Source of the DNA: the human T2T-CHM13v2.0 reference genome, Homo sapiens
DNA length: 64,000 nt
Reading direction: 5' to 3' (one strand)
NCBI RefSeq assembly: GCF_009914755.1
Contig: NC_060925.1
The notes below the pieces were generated by a model. That model was not told the DNA's origin and ran no database searches. It saw only the letters and a list, made by a program, of their open reading frames with translations. How positions within the stretch are numbered: position 1 is the stretch's first letter; each line of letters opens with the position of its first letter. The translations under genes were made by a program, and so were the position numbers. Shown one piece after another: positions 13,996 to 28,241 of the stretch.

Positions 13996-15659
13996 CTGCT
14001 GCTGAGGTTTCCACAGTGACATTTTCTTAAACCCCAACTTATACAGGGTGTTTTCAGAGTGGGATTGATTGTACATGTTCCAAACCCAAGTGATTTTGTT
14101 TAATAATTTTGACCATCAAAAATCCAGCTTGAAAAATGAACCAGAATACAAATATACAACATTTAATGACAGAGAAAAAATAAAGGCATACAGTTTTTTA
14201 AAGAAATATTTCATCCTTTGAAGAATACTGAGAAATCTGAGTTCAAAGGTGATGTGAGCATGCTTCAATCATGACTATACACAACAGAATCTGTACTCAG
14301 CTCAGTATTGGCTAGAGAAGTTCTCTTTCCCTCATTTAAGCCAAGACCAGAACTCCAAGGCTGAGGCTTGACATAGGTGTACTGTAAATGAAGTGTTAAT
14401 GAGATGGAAATTCTCCAAGTTGCTTTTGAGTCTCACTCTATATCAATGTAGACCTGCCTAAAATATGTAAGAGCTGAGAATCCTTTTGAAATGATTCCAA
14501 ACTCTTGAGTCTGAAAACTGAGCTGGGAATTCCTTTGTAACAGTTTTGTGGGTTATTTCGGCACTTTGGTTTATAATACTAGCTGGACCCCATCTGAAGT
14601 TCTAAAGCCCATAAAATAAGAATGAATGGACAATGTAAATAAGCCAAATTTGAGAAACTTCAGACCCTGCTTGGCTGAATGTTTCTGTTAATCTACCTTG
14701 TCTGTGCTGGTAGAACTGCCATTTTGCTATAACTCCTTTGTAAATAAGAAACTTTTCTTCTCATCAGGCAGGGGATCTTTCTCTTCAAAGGCTGTGATGT
14801 ATTATACTATATTGAAATTAAATTGTTTGGATATGTTTTGCTGAATACTGATAAAACTATGATATAAAGCGTATTATCCTTAATCAAAGGTTACTTTTAT
14901 TTGCAGATTTTAAAGGCAACAAAAATTTTTATTTGACAGGTTCTAATAGTTCTAGTTTGGCATACCTGCACATTTTTATTGTATCCTGGGAACAGGCATA
15001 AATCAACTGATTTCCCACAGACAAATAAAAGTGGTGGAGTAATATAGTTCCTGGAATTTAACACTTCACGGTCAGGAGGTCACATATGTTAAGTTGCTTA
15101 TTTACACGCCTCTTAAAGATTAAGTCTGTGGGCAAGAGACATGAAGCAATGTGACTTACTATATCAATGAAGAATGTATTGTTCTTTTTCTTCGGGTAGA
15201 TAAAATTAACAGTGTTGGAACAGCAGATCACACAAGAATGTCATCAGAAACATCAGCCATTTTTTCAAATGTGCTTGCTTGATGATTCTCTTTGTTATTA
15301 CAATCATCAGTTTTAAACAATGAGATTTATTAAACATTTTTTTAAGTGGGGAAGAGAGAGTTAGTGTGTACCAATCATTGACATATTAGCTGGCATCTCG
15401 AAGCCTAAACTTGCAGTTAGGCCAATGTAGCCAGAATGGAGGTGAGGCAGCAACCCAGGTGCCTCCTCCGGCCCTCACTTTTGCTGCCAAAACTGATCTT
15501 ACAGCCCACATATTACAGATGGTGACCGTAAACTGGAGAGATAGCCATTTGACCCACATTTAACTATGATACAAGATAAGCGATAGTTATTTTCACAGCT
15601 TTCCATATAAAGGATTTTGATGAGAACAAAGTTACATATAAACAAAGTTCATTTACGCA

Positions 15660-15880
15660 ACACAACTGTATTGAGATCCCAGCATGTAACTAGTACTAAA
15701 CACTTCTTATAAATTATTCCCTTTTCACATGCTCACCCATTTAAAATTTGACAGCATTCTTCAGATCAGTATATTAAGGCTTAGAAAAGTTTTGACTTGC
15801 TAAAGACACATAGTTAGAAATTAAATGAGTCAAGATTTGAATCCATATCTCCCTGCTCAGCATCTACACTTTTCTTCGCT
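15660..15880 (-). mobile_element. MIR, diverged
   Basis: attaaggcttagaaaagttttgacttgctaaagacacatagttagaaa...caagatttgaatcca. Confidence 0.6.
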
Positions 15881-16021
15881 GGAGAGTACATTAGAAGCCT
15901 AAGCTGATCATATTCCATTAAACCTCAAGTCATTTTGAGCCCAAGGCTTCAGTTTCTTCCTTTAGAAATATATCTCCCTTCAAATATACCTGGAATTTAT
16001 AGGTGAAACACTGGCAAATTA

Positions 16022-16485
<464 letters not shown>

Positions 16486-16494
16486 CAGCAACAA

Positions 16495-16743
16495 AAAAAA
16501 GCCAGCATGGTACGCCTGTAATCCCAGCACTTTGGGAGGCCTAGGCAGGCGGATCAGCTGAGGTCAGCAGTTCGAGACCAGCCTGGCCAACATGGCGAAA
16601 CCCTGTCTCTACTAATGATACAAAAATTAGCCGAGCATGGTGGTGGCACGTGCCCATCATCCCAGCTACTGGGTTGGGAGGCTGAGATAGGAGAATCGCT
16701 TGAACCGAGGAGGCAGAGGTTGCAGTGAGCCGAGATCACGCCA
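16495..16743 (+). mobile_element. AluS, 3'-truncated, with no poly(A) tail
   Basis: Alu sequence stops at gagatcacgcca and is followed directly by aggaagga. Confidence 0.9.
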
Positions 16744-17634
16744 AGGAAGGAGGTAGAAGGAAGGGTTTTCTTCCTTCCATATTAAGGAGGCCAACTGCAT
16801 TGCCAGGACTCTCCTGGAGGCAAACTGAAAAATGAAGCTCTTTCTGTTTTTCTATGCAAATCGCAATGCTGAACTTTCTGAGACCTGGCATAATGCAGTC
16901 ACATGTCTTGTTTTTGCATTCAGAATATTGTCTTTTCATAGTCTTTCAGAATATGTTAAGGAGGTTTCACTATATATCACAAATCATGGTTTAAATTTCA
17001 AAGCATTAGATAAAAATGACCTTACACTGCATTTGTAGATGTCACTCTCAAGCCATCCCAATGTAGTTTCCATGGGAACTAATGTACATCAAAGAAGAAA
17101 GAGAGAGAAAGAGAGACTGTAAGATCAAATTTTTAGTTCCTGCCTCCTCTTTTTTTGGGAAGACCAAAATGAGCCCCATGTTAAATGCTGTTGAAATTAG
17201 ATACAGAATCTTATCTTCTACGTGAATGCAGCTTTTTGTTTTTTTCCTCCTAAGAAGGAGTACTACCTATATGGTCATGCACAATTTTTCCATAGAGTCC
17301 ATCCATATAATTTATAAGTTCTATTTACAGCCTCAGAAGGCACATGTGCTTATTTAGGAAGAGAGTCAACATCATCCATTATTACTTTGTTTTCAAGTTG
17401 CTTTCAGAATTATTATTATTATTACAGAGATTTACAACTTGTTGAGAATCCACTCTATGGCAATCATGAGTGAAAGTGGTTCATGAATGAAAGTTTATAG
17501 TCACATAAGAACACATTCCTAGATTGTCCTCTATTGGTGTAGTGTCTTTCATAGTCATATGCCAGACAGTGTAACATGAGTAGCTGTTATTAGCTTCCCA
17601 TCCAAAAAGAACAGTTACCAAACAGTATTGTTAA

Positions 17635-17955
<321 letters not shown>

Positions 17956-18224
17956 ACAGCTATTATTCTTAAATCCAATGCCACATATCAAGGCCAACTT
18001 TATCTACCTGTGTCTCATAGGATTCACCTGGGTTATAAAATAAATTCAATACTTTAATCGGGGGGTGGTTGGAGAGAGACAATGATATATTATATTCTCA
18101 ATTATAATTGAGAATGGCGATATAAAATGTATTTGTAGCCTGTAGATAATTAACTAGAAAAACAGGTGATCATGTGGTTTAAAATAACAATTAATTTAAG
18201 AACTTAAAATAAATGTTTTTAAAA

Positions 18225-18470
18225 AGATATATAATAGTATTATATGTCTTAATAATTATATTTATTAAATATAATAAATATTACTATTATACTATATTTA
18301 CAATATTATATACTATTATATTTATATTTATAAATATGTTATATAATAGTTATATTTATATTATATATTTATATTTATATAATAATATATAAATATAAAT
18401 ATAATAACTATATTATAAATATAATAGTTATAAAGACAATATGACAAATAAATATTAACCATTTAATTTA
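18225..18470. repeat. Very AT-rich low-complexity tract
   Basis: Degenerate (TATAT/TAATA)n with almost no G or C. Confidence 0.9.
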
Positions 18471-19233
18471 TATCAGTCACTACCCTAAGGATTGTTCTTT
18501 TATCTAATACATTTTATTCTAATAACTCTGTTAATTAGGAATTCATGTTCCCATCTAACAGATTAAGACATTGAAGGACAAGAAGGTCAAATAAAGGGCT
18601 GAAAAAAATCTCGTAACTTCTAAGTGAACCAGGCAGTTTCCAAAACCTGCCTTTTAGCTATTAAGCTATAAATATTTGAAAAAAGTATTTACATTGACAA
18701 ATAACTATGAAGTTTTTAGAACTTATGAAGATCATGATGAAGAAAAAACTATTTGTAATATTATCAAATTGCTTATTCCTTTCTGAAGTCATTTATTCAA
18801 TATCATTTATTTGCACATAATAGGTACCAGGCATTGAGAAATTCAGAATAAATAAGAAAATGGAATAAACAAAGGGTTATAAAAAAATCTAGGATGGGTT
18901 ATTCATTTTAAAAGAGAATGGGGCTTAGGTGAAAAAAAGCAAAAATATACACAAGGACTTGAACATTCTAACATAATGAGCAAGTCATACCCTGCCAGAT
19001 GCACGAGAGTGGATGACAGGATGTGCTGGAAAGGAACATGGGAAGTACCTAAAATGAAAAGGACCTGAAATGCAATTCTAAAGATTTCGTCTAAAAGAAA
19101 TGGCAAGTTGGCAGATAATTTTTAAATTCAAGTGTAAATAATCTGATAAGTATTTTAGAAAGCTGACTGGATGGTATAAAGAGGGTGCATTAGAGAAGGA
19201 AAATATGGGTGGCAGGGAGATCTATGAGGGTTT

Positions 19234-19663
19234 TGTGATGGGTTGAATGGTGTCCTCCCAGGAGATATGTTGAAGCCCTATTTTTGGTACCTGTGAATAT
19301 GACTTCATTTGGAAATAGGATCTTTGCAGATGAAATCTAGTTAAGATGGGTTCATTAAGGTGGGCCCTAATTCAATATGACTGTTTTCCTTATAAAAAAA
19401 GGAAAAGACGGAGAAACGGGGAGAAGAATGCCACATAACAATGAAGGTAGAGAATGGGGTTACACAGCTACAGACCAGAGAACATGAAGGACTGTCACCA
19501 ACACCACTGCTAAGAGAAGGGCACAGAACAGGTTCTCCCGCAGAGCCTTTAGAGGAAGCAAGACCCTGTCAACAGCTTTTCTGAGTTCTAGCCTTCAGAA
19601 CTGTGAGAGAATAAATTTCAGCTTATGGTACTTTTTATATGACAGCCCAAGGAAACTAACACA
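19234..19663 (+). mobile_element. MLT1B-like MaLR solo LTR, inserted in an L2
   Basis: TG...CA ends; tgtgatgggttgaatgg, gacttcatttggaaatagg, agaactgtgagagaataaattt, ggaaactaacaca. Confidence 0.9.
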
Positions 19664-21139
19664 AGTATTGGTGGAACACTTCTTCAACAAATAGCACTTG
19701 AATTAAGGCAGTGGCAGTAAAAATGGAGAGGAGGAGGTATGTGGTAGACCAGGGATATATTTGCTAAAGGACAAACGAAGTAATGAGACTTAGAAACAGA
19801 ACGATGGAGCCACAAAGAATGCCTGAAATGGTAATAGGATACATGCTGGAATGTTGATGGGCCCCATTTCCACAAGCCTCCAAATCTGCTTCTAGATCCC
19901 ATTCAAGCAAGGGAGGATTTGTTAAGAAGAAAGGCCCTTTGAGAGCACCAGTCCCTCCACCAGCCAGTCTAGTCCTAAGAGCTCTGAAGGCCAACCTTGG
20001 AGGTGGTTCAGGAGGGAAAATGCAGGACCCAGGATTTCAGTTGCCAAGCCAGAGAGCAGGGGACCCAGGAAAGAATATTGGCATTCATTTGATTTTTCCA
20101 TCTTCTGATATAACCTTCAAATGTTAATAGTGTGTCGAAGAATTTATTGGAAGTGAGAAACAAGAAAACAGTGAGTCTAACCTAGTCATTCTAGAATTGG
20201 GAGGTAATAGAAAAGAGAGAAATGGGAAAGTTGCTCAAATGCAAGTCCAGTGAATCAGAGAGAAAAGGCTCAAAGCAGCAGAACAAAGCTTCAATAAAGA
20301 GATATTGTGACTTGGAGAGATGGCCTTTTGTCCTTTGTTCTATTACCAGTCAGAGGATGGGGAGCACACCCGAGCCTGAGACAACAGCTCTGCTAAGTGC
20401 CCTTGAGAGGGCACGGTGGGGTCAGCACCAAAGTCAGACCACTAAAGAGAAAAAGAGAGAAAGACAGGATTGCAGAGGAGAAATGAGAATGGCAGAAAAA
20501 ATAATTTTTTAAGCCAAAAGGAATCAGAGAAGAGCAGAAGTGCCTCTAGGATAAAGCGTAGCAGGCAGTTAGGGAAAAAGGGCTGTTAACTACCTTGAAG
20601 CTCTGACTACATTAGAAAGCCTCGCAAGACAGTCGTTGCTTGCACGGGCAGGTAGAGAACTTTTCCTGTCCATTGTTCTTCTGAATTATAAATCACTGAC
20701 CTCTTTATGATTTCTAAAGGGAAAATGACTTCAAGCTTCTTAGAGTTCCCCTAAGGCATTCTCTATATTCAATATAATATGGGAAGCCCTGGGTTTGTCT
20801 TTGTATGTTTCATCTGCAGTGACCTGAAATCTTCATAACCCTCTTCCTTTCTCCACTTATCAACTAAGGGGTGGTTGGCAATAAGGATGGGTGGGAGAGA
20901 AAAAAAAACAGAATTTGAGGAGGAGAGCATTTAAACCATCAGACTGTGTGTTCTGTGACATCAAAGACTGGCAACATTCTAAAGGTAAATGTAACTATGC
21001 ATCCCTTTGGGATTTTCAGATATCTTGTACAATCTATTTTATTCCTCTAAACATGGAGACTATAAAGCTGTGTGGAAATCAATAGTTTAATTCATTCATT
21101 CAACAAACAGGTGGTGAGTGCTCATCATAACAACCACAT

Positions 21140-21370
21140 CATAATAGCTAACATGTTGAATGATTATCACACATCAACTACTATGCTAAGTGCTTTGCAT
21201 GGTTTATGTCATTTAAGTATCACAAATAATACTATGAGATAGGTGCTCTTGTTATGTCCATTTGACAGATGAAGAAACTGAAGCCCAAGTCCCAGCCCTA
21301 AGATGAGGCAGAGCTATGTTAGAATTCAGGTAATATCACTCAGGAGGCCATGTATTAAACCTCTTTATAA
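21140..21370 (-). mobile_element. MIR
   Basis: ctatgctaagtgctttgcat...ccatttgacagatgaagaaactgaagccc. Confidence 0.8.
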
Positions 21371-22469
21371 CGTATCCCTGTATCATATCTGCATTAGGCA
21401 TAGAAGATTCAAGGGTTATAGGGTTTCAGAGAAGGGAAGGGCTGAAGGGAGTTAATTAGGACAGGCTTTAGGCAAAAGGTGATACATGACGTTAGCTTTG
21501 AAGAAGAGGCAGATTTGAGTCAGTAGAGCGTGAAATCAAAGGCTCCCAGGTAAGGAATGGGAAAGCATGTGAGTGTAGTCCAACGTCAACATAAGACAAA
21601 AGGCATTGTAATAATGAGGGGACAATTTCGACCAGAATGGTGGCCCTATGAGCAGTAAAAGAAGTCCGAGAAGATTGAGTTAGCCATTGGAGAGAAGTGT
21701 CTGACATGTTGGTGTTGGAAAATAGAAAATCTTGGTGGTTTTCTTAGTCTAAGCAGTGTTGAAGATAACAGCAGTGGTACACAGGATGAACTACACCTAA
21801 TAGAAAGCCTGGCACCCAAGGATTTCAGCTAGGGTTTGTAGAGAGATAGAATTATGTGTTCTAAAGGAAAAGTGATAGGACTTGTTCTCTGTGACATATT
21901 GAAATAAAGTATATGAACTGATTATACCAACAATAACTAACTTTATTGAGCATATACTGTGTCCTATAGTGGTTTACATGTAATCATAGATTAATTATCA
22001 TAATAGCACCACGATTTAGAATTAAACGAAGGCCCGTTCTAATCCTAGGATTTCTTTCGTTATCTATTGAAGATAATGAAAACAGTAATTCTTTAAATAA
22101 TGTTGTGTTATGGGGGTATTATGATACCATTGACAGGAGTGAAATAGTTTGGAAGTTTAGGAGCAGAAAAGGACAATTTTGACTGAAGGCAAGGAAACCA
22201 ATCAGGGGCAGTGTAACTCATTAGGTCATAATAATAACTATTGTTATTATTATTTATTTTGATTCGACTGTGAATCAAGATGTCCTGCAGATACCAAAAT
22301 CAGTGGCTGCTCAAGTCCCTGATATAAAGTAGCCCGCCTTGACTACCCTTCTCTTTATAATTATAATTATTATTACAGCTAATTACTGCATGCTTATTAT
22401 GTACCAATGTTCTAAACATTTCACATACCATAGCTCAGTTAAGATAGTAATAATTACAGTGTTCACTAT

Positions 22470-22725
22470 TAAAATAATAAGAGTTTATATTTACAGTGCT
22501 GATAGTGTTCCAGGCACTGATATGTTTTTAAATAGATTAACTCATTTAATCATCACAAAACCCACATGAAGTAGATACTAATATTCTACCTTCACTTTAC
22601 AGATGAGGACACTCTGGTCTAGAGAATTTAAGTAACTTAACCAAGATCACAAAACTAATGATTGGCAGTGTCAGGATTGAGCCCAGATTCTCTGGCTGTA
22701 GATTCTATTCTCTTAACAACTGCTC
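22470..22725 (-). mobile_element. MIR
   Basis: actcatttaatcatcacaaaaccc...tttacagatgaggacact...agtaacttaaccaagatcaca. Confidence 0.85.
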
Positions 22726-22729
22726 TACA

Positions 22730-22900
22730 AAATCATGAGCTTTGGGGTCAGGCAGGTCTGGGTTGCAATCCCAACCTTGTTAACTTACTACTAGTGAGAA
22801 CTTCGGTATGCTCCTTTTTTGTGTCTAAGTCTCAGTTTTCCCATAAGCAAATTTCAAGATAAGATAACAATAGTACTTTTCATGCAATAATTCCTATGAG
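22730..22900 (+). mobile_element. MIR
   Basis: gctttggggtcaggcaggtctgggttgcaatccc...gtctcagttttccca. Confidence 0.75.
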
Positions 22901-23204
22901 ATTAAGCTCTCCTACCCTTCTCTGTACTTATCACATTGCTTCAAAACAGGAAGTCTTCGGTGTGTGTTTTACTAATGAATGAATAAATGAATAAAGCACT
23001 TATCATCCATGCTGCACAATTAACATTTTGTTGTATGCTACTTTATATTATTTAACTTTTCTCTGCATGTACACTTCTTGTCAATCCAGCTAGATTATAT
23101 GCATCCTAGGACTAAACCACATGCTTTTTACTTTAATATGTACCCAGTTCTCTGAACAGTGATGTGCACATAGAAAGCTTCTCAATAACGATGACTCCCA
23201 TGAA

Positions 23205-23425
23205 TGAAGCATTTACTATGGCCTAGACATTGTGTTAAGTATTTAGTCTTCATAGCAACCCTAGATAGTAAGTACTAATGTTAATTCCAATTTACAGAAT
23301 AGGAAACTATGCCTTAGTGAGCTAAAGTGATTTTCCAATGGCCACACCATTGGTCCATACAGAGTCAGATTAGATTGAGCTCTACTTATCTGCAGAAGTC
23401 CTGGGCTTGACCACCATGCTGTACT
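23205..23425 (-). mobile_element. MIR
   Basis: agcatttactatggcctagacattgtgttaagt...tttacagaataggaaactat. Confidence 0.7.
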
Positions 23426-23961
23426 AGCTTGGTGTTAAAGCCCCGATTGATGGGTAATTTGACAAGAAGTCAGAGCCCATTATCACCTGCCTTTGGAAGG
23501 GAATTTCCTGCATCTGAAGCTCTTGTCTATTTGGCCCACTTGGCTCAACCACCTAGTTCACGGCTTTTCTGTAGATTTCTCCTCTTAGCACTCCCTCAAC
23601 AGGCACAAACCACATATCCAAGTCAGGGATGCCATAAACAGTGGCTGCTGCTGTGGCTGGCCCACAGAGCATGGAAGCAGGAATACTCATGAGCCGCCTC
23701 TGTCATCTCAGTATATTATGGCTTCAGCATTCTCTTTGCTTAACAACCTCTGGCTGATCCACTGTGAAAATTGTGTGCAATAGTCTTCAAAATTTCTAAT
23801 TTCATACCGGTGGTGAAGTAGCCTTGTGGCTGGTCAAAGAGAACACCTTTAAAGCTGACAGTGGAAAAAGCCTTGGCTCCTAACCTTCTGCAAAACTGTT
23901 TTTACTACTTCCTGCAAGCTGTTATTGGTGTCTTTATTTAGGCTGTATTTCTTCATTTCAG

Positions 23962-24091
23962 CGTCTATGTTTAGCAGTTATATAAAGGAGCGAAATGGGT
24001 TTAATGGCCTCAAGTGGCAAAGCAGTGACATGTGGTCCTTCTTGGAGCAACAAAAGGTCAAAAGACTGTGGAGGAGACTTCTTGTTTCCTG
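23962..24091 (+). pseudogene. Candidate fossil exon E1 (130 bp, phase 1 to 2, no stop)
   Basis: Acceptor tgtatttcttcatttcag, donor ctg|gtgact; reads SMFSSYIKERNGFNGLKWQSSDMWSFLEQQKVKRLWRRLLVS. Confidence 0.35.
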
Positions 24092-24484
24092 GTGACTAGG
24101 AGTCAAATTTTTTTTATCAGTCTGAGTCAAGGGGAAATGATGTTCCTTTGAAAGTCTCATCTTGTAGGTAGAGTGTAACAGAGTAGGGAGGTAGGGAAGG
24201 TTCCTTAAAGGGCCATGCAGATAATCTCATCTGTTGATTTGTCCTATTGTGGGTGACACAGACTCACATTCCCTTTCTGGAGAAGGGAGGGTTTTAATTA
24301 AAACTAAATAGATATCCACTGGGTCTGGGCATGTACATAATCTAGAAACTGTGGGCTTCTCAAGGCCTCTGCATTCAGCAACTCAAGAAGTCCTATGGGT
24401 ACCAATTGATCCATCCTGGAATCACTCTCCTCTGCTTGCATGGGACTTGCCTTTCTGCCCTCCTTCCTTAGCACTCCCACCAGG

Positions 24485-24680
24485 CTAGGTATGAGCCCCG
24501 AGTAAGGAGCCCCGGTCTGATTCCAGCTTCTTTCTCTTATTGACTCTGTGATTTCAATAAGATACTTGACTTCACAAGTTCTATGTCTTCATCTGAAGAC
24601 GGAGATTATAATGAAAATACAAACCTTATGGATTTATTGTGCAGAGTAAAAGGACAAAGTATACAAAATGCTTTGGATAA
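24485..24680 (+). mobile_element. MIR
   Basis: ctctgtgatttcaataagatacttgacttc...tcttcatctgaagacggagattataat. Confidence 0.65.
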
Positions 24681-24681
24681 T

Positions 24682-25147
24682 TGTTATCTAACATCAAAAT
24701 TTAGGTTCACATACCTGATGCACAGTAAGCCAAACACTGACACATCAGCATAAATGTTTATTCAATTTGGCCAAAGTGAGAGGGCAGGAAAGACAGTCTC
24801 TAAAGTCTAACCTTCCTTTACACATAATTGGGGGCTTCTATGAGTCAGGTAGGTATACAGGAAATGGGATACCCCAAAGACCAAAGCTGTTTATGTCTCT
24901 TGGCCTGATCAAACTTCTGGATGCCATCAAGGTTTGTGTGACCTAAGATTCATTTTTCTTCTCCAAAAAAAATACAGTTTATCAATCTTGCAGGCCAGGG
25001 GTATAAGGATATGAAGTTACTAGTGACTACCTTCTACCAAAATGACTATGTGCAAGCAAGCACGCATGGAGGCAGAAAAAGGCAAGGAAAAGAGAAAACT
25101 AAGTAAAACAAACATCTTATGATTCTTATAATAAAGACTCAGTTACA
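24682..25147 (-). mobile_element. ERV1-class solo LTR (LOR1/MER4-group-like)
   Basis: TG...CA ends with flanks taat/caat; gcacagtaagccaaacactgaca motif; tttatt (polyA signal on the - strand). Confidence 0.6.
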
Positions 25148-25401
25148 CAATAACATTGTGCACACTAAAATCCCAATGAATGGGTGCTGTTAGTATAGGC
25201 AGCTGGCATATTTTTCCCTAGACCAATCAGTCTTGTATTTCTGTTTCAAGGCAGCCTGCACAGATTCTCCGAAGCAATTCTCAGCTTATTCATAGTAGAA
25301 TCAAAATAATCAGGTGAAAGAAAAATTTATTCATAAATTCTTAATCAAAGCTTCCGCCGTACCCACCCTGAAGCAGTATGAGCACTAAAACCATCCTATT
25401 T

Positions 25402-25686
25402 CTTTTTATTATACTTTAAGTTCTAGGGTACATGTGCACAACGTGCAGGTTTGTTACATATGTATACATGTGCCATGTTGGTGTGCTGCACCCATTAACT
25501 CGTCATTTACATTAGGTATATCTCCTAATGCTATCCCTCCCCCCTCCCCCCACCCCATGACAGGCCCCGGTGTGTGATGTTCCCCTTCCTGTGTCCAAGT
25601 GTTCTCATTGTTTAATTCTCACCTATAAGTGAGAACATGCGGTGTTTGGTTTTTTGTCCCTGTGATAGTTTGCTGAGAATGATGGT
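25402..25686 (-). mobile_element. L1PA (about L1PA3-5) 3' end, 5'-truncated
   Basis: Near-consensus L1PA 3' UTR; TSD aaaaccatc(c/t)tattt at 25387-25401 and 25687-25701. Confidence 0.97.
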
Positions 25687-26303
25687 AAAACCATCTTATT
25701 TTTACCATCTATTAAATGGGACAAAAACTTCAATACTTCTACAGTTGTTGTATACAATTAAATAATCTTCTAAATCCGATTGTCCCTCCTTCTCTTCTTC
25801 TCCTTTGATAAACAACACACCTCTCTGCATAGAGCAACAGAACTTCCTTTTGATTCTGGCCCACAACTTCCTATGTACACCTCGTTTGTAAAGAAGCTTA
25901 TCTAAAGTCAACCAGCAAATGATGGGCCCTCCAACTCTGATAGCCTGTCACCAGCCCTAAGCTGCCAGGCTTCCTTTGAGTCTCTGTCATTGGTGAGATA
26001 TAGGGACGTGTGACCATTTTGCCATGGCTCTATGTTGCTGAACCAGGTGGGGGTGTGAGTGGCAGTGGGGCAAGTGGATCCTTTTGATCATTAGTTATTT
26101 TTGAGTATTGACTTTAATTTATAAAATTTCCCATCTTAATCTCTGCCCTAGTCTCTAAGCAGATCCCAGGTCATTGAGGAGAGTTCAGGTATGCCAGCAT
26201 GTTTTGGTGTTTTTCCAATGCCAAAATAATATTTTGCCCCCTGAATTCACAAGTGTTTTAGATGGTCATCCAGTTTTTGTATTGACCCCTCCTAAAGAGG
26301 TAA

Positions 26304-26671
26304 CAGTTATCCCTTGGTATCAATCAAGGCATGGTTCCAGGACCTCCCTTGGATACCAAAATCCATGGTTGCTCAAGTCCCCAACATAAAAAAGGTGTAG
26401 TATTTGCATATAACCTACAAACCTGTGTGTATATTTGCATATAACCTGTATGTAGGTTCTCCCCTTTCCTTTAAAGCATCTCTAGATTACTTTTAATACC
26501 TAATACAATGTAATTTCCATGTAAATATCTGTTACACTGTATTGTTTATGGAATAATGATAAGAAACAAGAAGTCTATACATGTTCATATAGATGCGAAA
26601 TTTTTGAATATTTTCAAGCCATGGTTGTTTGAACCTGTCATGTGGAACCAAGGGATACAGAGGGCTGACTA
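26304..26671 (+). mobile_element. MER2 (Tigger-family MITE), apparently nested in a MER20-like hAT element (about 26220-26820)
   Basis: cagttatcccttggtatc...ggataccaaaatccatggttgctcaagtccc...ggatacagagggctgact. Confidence 0.85.
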
Positions 26672-27930
26672 TATTTAAAAAAATGAAAGAATATTCTTTG
26701 ACCACAGCAGGGGGCTACTGGCATTTGGGGATGGGGACAAAAATGTTAAATACTTTGCAATAAGAACATTAACACACAGTGAAAATTGTCATGTCAATGC
26801 TCCCTTCGTTGGGAAAACTGCAATTAGTTATACCTTTTCTCTCTCCTATTAGAGAAATCAACCAAGCCAAGCCTGAGTATCTCAGAATCAGCATCCTTCA
26901 AACTCAAATTTGAGTCTTGACTGCTCAACATCTATAAGCGTTAAGCACTTACTTTGTCATTCAATACTCATTTAATCTCCTAAAAGAATTGCAAGCTTCT
27001 TATTATTGCCCCTACTAGTGGAAAAAATAAAGCCAGAGAAAGCAAAGATTCTAACACTGAGCCCAGCACAAGTCTACCACCTTATGCTGTTTCTATGACA
27101 TTAACTTTATAGCATGATCTGGATTGCTAAAAATGTTCAAGTTTGGGTCTTATAACAATAGAAAGAGAACTATATAAAACTACAGTAAGACTAAAAGTAA
27201 CTAAAACATATTATAAAAATAAAAAACTGGAGTACCTCGATTATATACAAAAGCGCCTTTGAAAAATGTCTAGGTGAATTTTTGTCTATGTACCTATGTT
27301 GACATCACAAAATAACAACTTTCAATTCAAAACTCATTCCTTCTATATATTTTTCTCATATCTATTTTAATTAAAAGGCTTAACTTGAATATTAATCTTT
27401 CATGTCCTCCTTATCTATTTGACCCTCTGGAATACTGCTGAGTAATGTGGCATTCACAAGAATATTACTGTGTCCACTTATGTGATTTAAAATGTATTCT
27501 CAATAGCCGAAGTGTCCTCCTGACTCTTTGAAATTCAGCCATCCTGTGTTTCAGATGGCCTTTCACTTGGGCTTTTAAACCACTTTACAGACATCTCTTT
27601 ATTCTCCTTTATTTTATAAATTGGGAAATAGATCAAATAGAAGTTAAGTGGCATACAGAGGTCAATGGCAGATTACTGGAAGACCCAGGGAAAGGTATCA
27701 CCCTTGACTCACCTAGAGTTATCCCTCAGATAATTTAACATTTCTTCAGAAGACTGAGGTAGCCTCTGAATGTAGGAGGCAGACTAAAAGATTATTTTTT
27801 TTCATGAGGCTGCCTCAAGCAGATTCACAATTAATTGTGATTCAACTGGCATCTCCTTTCTTGCTGCCACAAAATATCTATATTGAAATCAGGTTGACTG
27901 TTCATCTTTTCTTTCTGTTACATCTGCTAG

Positions 27931-28121
27931 GGATCAATAGAGATAAAAATATTTGGAGCTTTGTGTTCAATCTAAGTTCCTGCATGCAGTTGCTTGATAT
28001 AATGATTTTGTAAGGAAGCAAGTAACCAAAGTATTTTTGCAGTGTTTTTGATAAAGGACTGCTCTTTGCTGGTGTCCTCCTCTCCACTACTAATTGACAA
28101 AACATCTTGAGGAAAATATCC
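27931..28121 (+). pseudogene. Candidate fossil exon E2 (191 bp, phase 2 to 1, 6 stops)
   Basis: Pyrimidine-rich acceptor ...ctgctag; putative donor c|atatgt; protein-like KYLELCVQSKFLHAVA*YNDFVRKQVTKVFLQ. Confidence 0.25.
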
Positions 28122-28241
28122 ATATGTTTAAATTATCCTTAAAAGCTCTATTGGCATTAAAAAAAGACCTCCGTTTTGATAAAGATTCCGATAACTATTT
28201 GGCTTTTGCAAGTCCAGCTTTATGACTAGAAATTTCTAGAT

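Noticed and set aside
15199-15275. Acceptor followed by DKINSVGTADHTRMSSETSAIFSN
   Set aside because: No credible donor, and too short to distinguish from chance
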